Shown here: positions 59,991-64,000 of the stretch, piece by piece
How positions within the stretch are numbered: position 1 is the first letter of the stretch
Layout: every line of letters starts with the position of its first letter
From: an uncultured Sphingomonadaceae bacterium
GTDB taxonomy: Bacteria > Pseudomonadota > Alphaproteobacteria > Sphingomonadales > Sphingomonadaceae
Length of the DNA: 64,000 nt
NCBI GenBank assembly: GCA_964247655.1
Contig: CAXTVK010000002.1
Span: forward strand, 23,606-87,605
Direction of reading: 5' to 3'
The notes under the pieces: generated by a model
Databases searched by the model: none
What the model was told of the DNA's origin: nothing
What the model saw: the letters and a program-made list of their open reading frames with translations, nothing else
Translations under genes and position numbers: made by a program

Positions 59991-60715
59991 TGCGCCATCT
60001 CGGCATCCGAATGAGGAAGATGGCGTATTGCATTGCCCGTCCATCGACATGGAAGTTCGTACGTTCTGGGATAGCGCCCACGATCGACCATCGGTTGGCT
60101 CTGGGTAACCTCAAGTTCCAAACCGTTCTCGATGTCGGCGCCAATCGCGGGCAGTTCGCGCTTTTTGCAATGACAACATGGCCAAGTGCTCGGATCATCG
60201 CTTTCGAGCCGCTGCCACCGCCCGCGGCAGTTCTCCGCAAAGCCTTCGGCTCGAGGGTCGAGGTTATTCAAACCGCGCTTTCCGACAATGTCGGTCAAGC
60301 TCCGATGTTTGTTACAGAACACGACGACTCCTCGTCGCTTCTCCCGATCGGCGTCAATCAATCTGGTATATCGGGAACTAAAGTCAGCTCTATCGAGCAA
60401 GCAGTAACGCTAGACACCCTAGATAATTTCGCTCTTCGGCGCGATCTTTCGGGGCCGATCCTGCTCAAGATCGATGTTCAGGGCAACGAGCTAAGCGTCC
60501 TGCGAGGAGCCGAGAAAAGTCTCGCGAGTATATCTGCGGTTTATTGCGAGTGCTCATATATCGAGCTTTACGAGGGACAGGCTCTGGCAAGCGAAGTCAT
60601 CACGCTCCTCGCGAAGCATGGTCTTTCACTGTCGGGAGTGTTCAACCAGCAGACATCCGCCAGCCTTGGATCGGTGCAAGCCGACTTCCTATTCCTTCGG
60701 CTGTCCACCCGGTGA
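59990..60715 (+). CDS. FkbM-family methyltransferase
   Basis: VLDVGANRGQF, AFEPLP, LKIDVQGNELSVLRGA. Confidence 0.9.
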   Translation: MRHLGIRMRKMAYCIARPSTWKFVRSGIAPTIDHRLALGNLKFQTVLDVGANRGQFALFAMTTWPSARIIAFEPLPPPAAVLRKAFGSRVEVIQTALSDNVGQAPMFVTEHDDSSSLLPIGVNQSGISGTKVSSIEQAVTLDTLDNFALRRDLSGPILLKIDVQGNELSVLRGAEKSLASISAVYCECSYIELYEGQALASEVITLLAKHGLSLSGVFNQQTSASLGSVQADFLFLRLSTR

Positions 60716-60717
60716 CG

Positions 60718-61848
60718 ATGTCTCTACCGGAAACCGTCGGGTGCGTCGTGTTGGGACCGTTCCCACCGCCGATAACTGGCGCAGCAAAAAACACACAGAA
60801 TATGGTGGACGCTCTCGAGGCGAGCGGAATGCGCGTAGCATCAATTTCAACGGCCGTGGCGCGAGACGCCGGCAGTTCCTTGTTATCGTATCATCTCCGG
60901 CGGATTAGACGGGTCGCTGGAGTGATCGCGAAGCTGGGGCACCTACGCGATCGGGCGACAACCCTATATATTGTACCCGATGCGGGATTTGGGTCTTGGT
61001 ACACACTATTCTATGTCTTGGCGGCCATCGGTTCTTTCAGACGCGTTATATTCCACCATCGTAGCTTCCTTTATATCACCCGTCCGTCCGTGGCTATGCG
61101 TATCGTCGTATCAATTACCAGGAATAGGGCGCTCCACGTATTACTTTCGGACACGATGGCGCGCTCGTTTAGGAGCCGATATGGCCATCTTGAGACGATG
61201 GTTGCCGGCAACGCTTGCTTTGTTCATGACAAAGTGATTGCCAATGACGGGCGGCGGAACCCCGACGAAAGCATCGTTCTCGGCCATTTGAGCAATCTTC
61301 GGCGTAACAAGGGCGTGTTCGCCGCTACCGACGTCTTCGAACGCCTTGCTCAAGCTGGCATGCCGGTCCGGCTACATCTTGCGGGGCCGATGACAGAACG
61401 TGGTGTCGGGGAACGCGTAGAGGCATTGAAAGACCAGTATGGCGACAGAGTGAGCTGGATCGGTCCGGTGTCCGGTCAAGCAAAAGACGTGTTCTACCGC
61501 CAGCTTGACCTATTCCTCTTTGCAACGACACATCCTCAGGAAGCGCAGCCTAACGTGGTATATGAAGCTCTCGCCGCGGGAGTGCCGGTGTTGGCCACGC
61601 CTCGCGCCTGCCTGCCCGAGATGCTTGTGGGGAACAACGGAGCCTGTTCGCCAACGGAAGCGGGCTTCGTCGACTTCGCCGTGGATGCTATCCGGGCGAC
61701 GACGTTTCATGGTCCAACGGCTGCTCGTCGTCGCGACGCTATTGCAACACAACTACGTAATGAGTCGCTTCGTTCGCGGCAGCAATATATAGAGCTCATA
61801 CGCGAGATTGGCGTGAAGGCAGAATCGATGGATGCCCTATGGCCTTGA
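60718..61848 (+). CDS. Glycosyltransferase family 4
   Basis: GPFPPPITG, LSNLRRNKG, EAQPNVVYEALAAGVPVLAT. Confidence 0.88.
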   Translation: MSLPETVGCVVLGPFPPPITGAAKNTQNMVDALEASGMRVASISTAVARDAGSSLLSYHLRRIRRVAGVIAKLGHLRDRATTLYIVPDAGFGSWYTLFYVLAAIGSFRRVIFHHRSFLYITRPSVAMRIVVSITRNRALHVLLSDTMARSFRSRYGHLETMVAGNACFVHDKVIANDGRRNPDESIVLGHLSNLRRNKGVFAATDVFERLAQAGMPVRLHLAGPMTERGVGERVEALKDQYGDRVSWIGPVSGQAKDVFYRQLDLFLFATTHPQEAQPNVVYEALAAGVPVLATPRACLPEMLVGNNGACSPTEAGFVDFAVDAIRATTFHGPTAARRRDAIATQLRNESLRSRQQYIELIREIGVKAESMDALWP

Positions 61849-63233
61849 TATTTCTTGTCCTTCTTGGCGTATCGATCATCGAGATCGCGTGGCTGGTCCG
61901 AATTGCTCAGTCGCAACCGCTCGATATGATCGGGCAGGCGATGCACCCATTCAATGTCATCGGATTCTTGTTCCTTGTTACCAACGTTGATTTTCTTAGT
62001 CTATTCCAAATAGTCGGGAGCGGAGGTGGCGCGATATTCGCCGGCTCGACGATTTCGTTTGTTTCAGACGTGGTGAAAGGCTATCTTTTCTTTGTCTTAT
62101 GTCAGACGTCGATCGTGATCGCATGCTGGTTCGCGGTCGCCCAGATCGACGGATCGACGCGCTTGCGGATGCGCGCACGTCGTGGACAAACGGCCATCTC
62201 GGCTCCCGCCGAGGTTGGAGCGGCGCGGATGTGCATCGCGGTTTGCATCACTGGGGCGATATTCGCGGCACAAAGCATCGTGCTTATTTCGCTGCAACAC
62301 GGATCGTTGAGCTATGTAGCTGGTATCCGAACGCGTTTCTTCGCCGATAATCCGATTTTGCTGGTCATCGTCACGACGATGGCACCAGCATTCATCTTAT
62401 TCGGATCGCGCGACAAGATGCGAGCGATCTTGCTAGCGTTGCCAGTCATCATGCTCTTCCTATCGCTCGTCGGAGGCCGGTCCAAGCTTCTCTATCCTGC
62501 GGTGGCAGTGATGTATTGGTTTTGTCGGCGACACAAACTATCAGTGATATGGGTATATCTGGCAACGCCGGTGCTTATATTCGTACTGGTTTTCTACACT
62601 TATATCTCGCGGATGACGGCGACTTTTGGATCGTTTCAGCAGTATCTCGATGCATCTGGCGGTATGTTCGGCGCGTTGTTCGATGAGCCGTCCATTTCCA
62701 TGGCGGAGGCTATCACGATTAATGTGAACTATCCCATCCTGGATCGAACGCCCTGGGAAAGCCTACTGGGTGCTTTCATGTTGCCAATACCCCGCGCTTG
62801 GGTGCCATGGAAACCGCTGGGTGTGAGCACCGAGTTCTCAATGGTCACCGACTATACACGCTGGAATCTCGTCAAATCAGAGTGGACGGTCACGGGCTTT
62901 GTCAATCTTTTTTATGACGTGGGATATATCGGGGCAATAATCGGTTGCGGCATGATCGCTTTCCTCTGGACGCGCATTCTGGTTCGCTCTGCTGGGGGTC
63001 GAAGGGGTACGGCTTTTGTTGGCCCAATCGCAATCATATGCGCGTATCAGTTTGTCCGAGGCGATCTGTATATTGTGTCGCAGTTTTTGTGGCCGACAGC
63101 TATCGTCTCTCTGATCTATGCGACCATGAACTGGATCATTCGCGCGCTGCCAGGTTTCAAGCCCGCGGCGAAAGTGAATATGCGTCGACCAGTCCGACAG
63201 CCCAGCCCATCGACTGCAATCGGGGATCGATGA
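61839..63233 (+). CDS. wzy: Wzy-type polysaccharide polymerase
   Basis: ~10 TM segments, GGRSK, periplasmic loop with IPRAWVPWKP, YDVGYIG, RGD. Confidence 0.75.
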   Translation: MALIFLVLLGVSIIEIAWLVRIAQSQPLDMIGQAMHPFNVIGFLFLVTNVDFLSLFQIVGSGGGAIFAGSTISFVSDVVKGYLFFVLCQTSIVIACWFAVAQIDGSTRLRMRARRGQTAISAPAEVGAARMCIAVCITGAIFAAQSIVLISLQHGSLSYVAGIRTRFFADNPILLVIVTTMAPAFILFGSRDKMRAILLALPVIMLFLSLVGGRSKLLYPAVAVMYWFCRRHKLSVIWVYLATPVLIFVLVFYTYISRMTATFGSFQQYLDASGGMFGALFDEPSISMAEAITINVNYPILDRTPWESLLGAFMLPIPRAWVPWKPLGVSTEFSMVTDYTRWNLVKSEWTVTGFVNLFYDVGYIGAIIGCGMIAFLWTRILVRSAGGRRGTAFVGPIAIICAYQFVRGDLYIVSQFLWPTAIVSLIYATMNWIIRALPGFKPAAKVNMRRPVRQPSPSTAIGDR

Positions 63234-63291
63234 ACGAGGTTTGGAAAGCACTATTATGCTAACGGACCAAGCCGTAAGTCGGTGCCGGCAT

Positions 63292-63720
63292 CTATTGGGG
63301 GCATGTTGAAGTACCTCCCAGTTTGCCGCGGCATAAGAAGTTAAGATACCGCATGCGGAGGTAGACGCGTCCAGTTTCGAGCAGGAGAGCGTTCCGGGGG
63401 GCGCAGCATGCATCGACGATGGCATCGACGGTGTTGAACAGGCGGTGGCTGAGGAAGCGCTCGCGTAGATACAGCCATACCCACTCGATCGGGTTAAGTT
63501 CTGGACTGTAGGACGGCAGGTGCAGCGGCGTGATGGTTTTGAGCCGGGTGAGTTCGGCGGCGATGTGCCAGCCGGCGCAATCCATGACGACCACGGCATG
63601 GCGGTCGGCGGGCAACTGGCTCGCGAGTTCGTCGATCAGCGCCTGCATGGCTGGCACGGTTGCCTCGGCCAGAACGCGGGCGACACCGGTATCGCGCTCC
63701 GGGCAGATCGCGCCGTAACC
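63292..63720 (-). pseudogene. IS630-family transposase 3' remnant
   Basis: YGAICP../HAVVVMDCAGWH..LPSYSPELNPIEWVW, with frameshifts. Confidence 0.8.
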
Positions 63721-63789
63721 GTACGAGGAAGGCCGCAGCGGGCGCTATTTGGCGGCTCGATGGACGGCAATGAGTTCCAGCAGGCTGCG

Positions 63790-64000
63790 TGACGTCCTCC
63801 CTGTTTTTGCATCCAATCTGAGTGAGAGTTTTCCGGCCTTGTGAAGCCTTCGGGCAAGGAGCTGGAAATGAAGAAATCGCGGTACACGGATGAGCAGATC
63901 GCGTTTGCGCTGAAGCAGGCGGAGACCGGGACGCCGGTGGCTGAGGTCATCCGCCGGATGGGCGTGTCGGAACGGACATTCTACCGCTGGAAGAAGGTTT
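63790..64000 (+). mobile_element. IS3-family element, left end and orfA start (runs off the window)
   Basis: TGACGTCCTCCC left end; orfA from 63868: MKKSRYTDEQIAFALKQAETGTPVAEVIRRMGVSERTFYRWKK. Confidence 0.88.

Noticed and set aside
63740-63792. MDGNEFQQAA* as the C-terminus of another transposase
   Set aside because: Too short to assign.
1-64000. CRISPR array, cas genes, tRNA/rRNA, retron or DGR signatures, and a TniQ/CAST-type targeting gene near the transposase
   Set aside because: No spaced repeat arrays, reverse transcriptase motifs, structural RNA genes or TniQ-like ORF were seen by eye.

Overview
GC-rich alphaproteobacterial (Sphingomonas-like) accessory region with no rRNA, tRNA or CRISPR. 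From left to right: (1) 0.1-5 kb: a pentein (amidinotransferase/DDAH family) gene coupled to a PLP Orn/Lys/Arg decarboxylase, preceded by a candidate 46-aa leader ORF, plus a dienelactone hydrolase and a membrane desaturase/hydroxylase. (2) An IS1182 remnant and an intact IS630. (3) A ~27 kb island (about 9-36.5 kb). Its left part has a VapBC-like pair and a Mu-type DDE transposase operon whose MuB-like partner has lost its Walker motifs. Its centre is a complete lasso-peptide system (GntR, precursor with core SIGGTKVPEMANPLLLRD, B, C; convergent isopeptidase, TonB receptor, XRE, FecR, FecI) split by a 4.6 kb Hint-protein/glycosyltransferase/sulfotransferase-like insert. Its right part has a sigma factor, a MobA/MobL-like relaxase domain lacking the catalytic Tyr, and three paralogous ~160-170 aa unknown proteins. 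(4) A decayed prophage lysis/tail remnant with IS scars (36.5-42 kb). (5) ugd, a pseudogene and small secreted proteins. (6) A Wzx/Wzy surface-polysaccharide cluster (46.8-63.2 kb) ending at IS630/IS3 sequences. All family calls come from motif recognition by eye; no database search was run.
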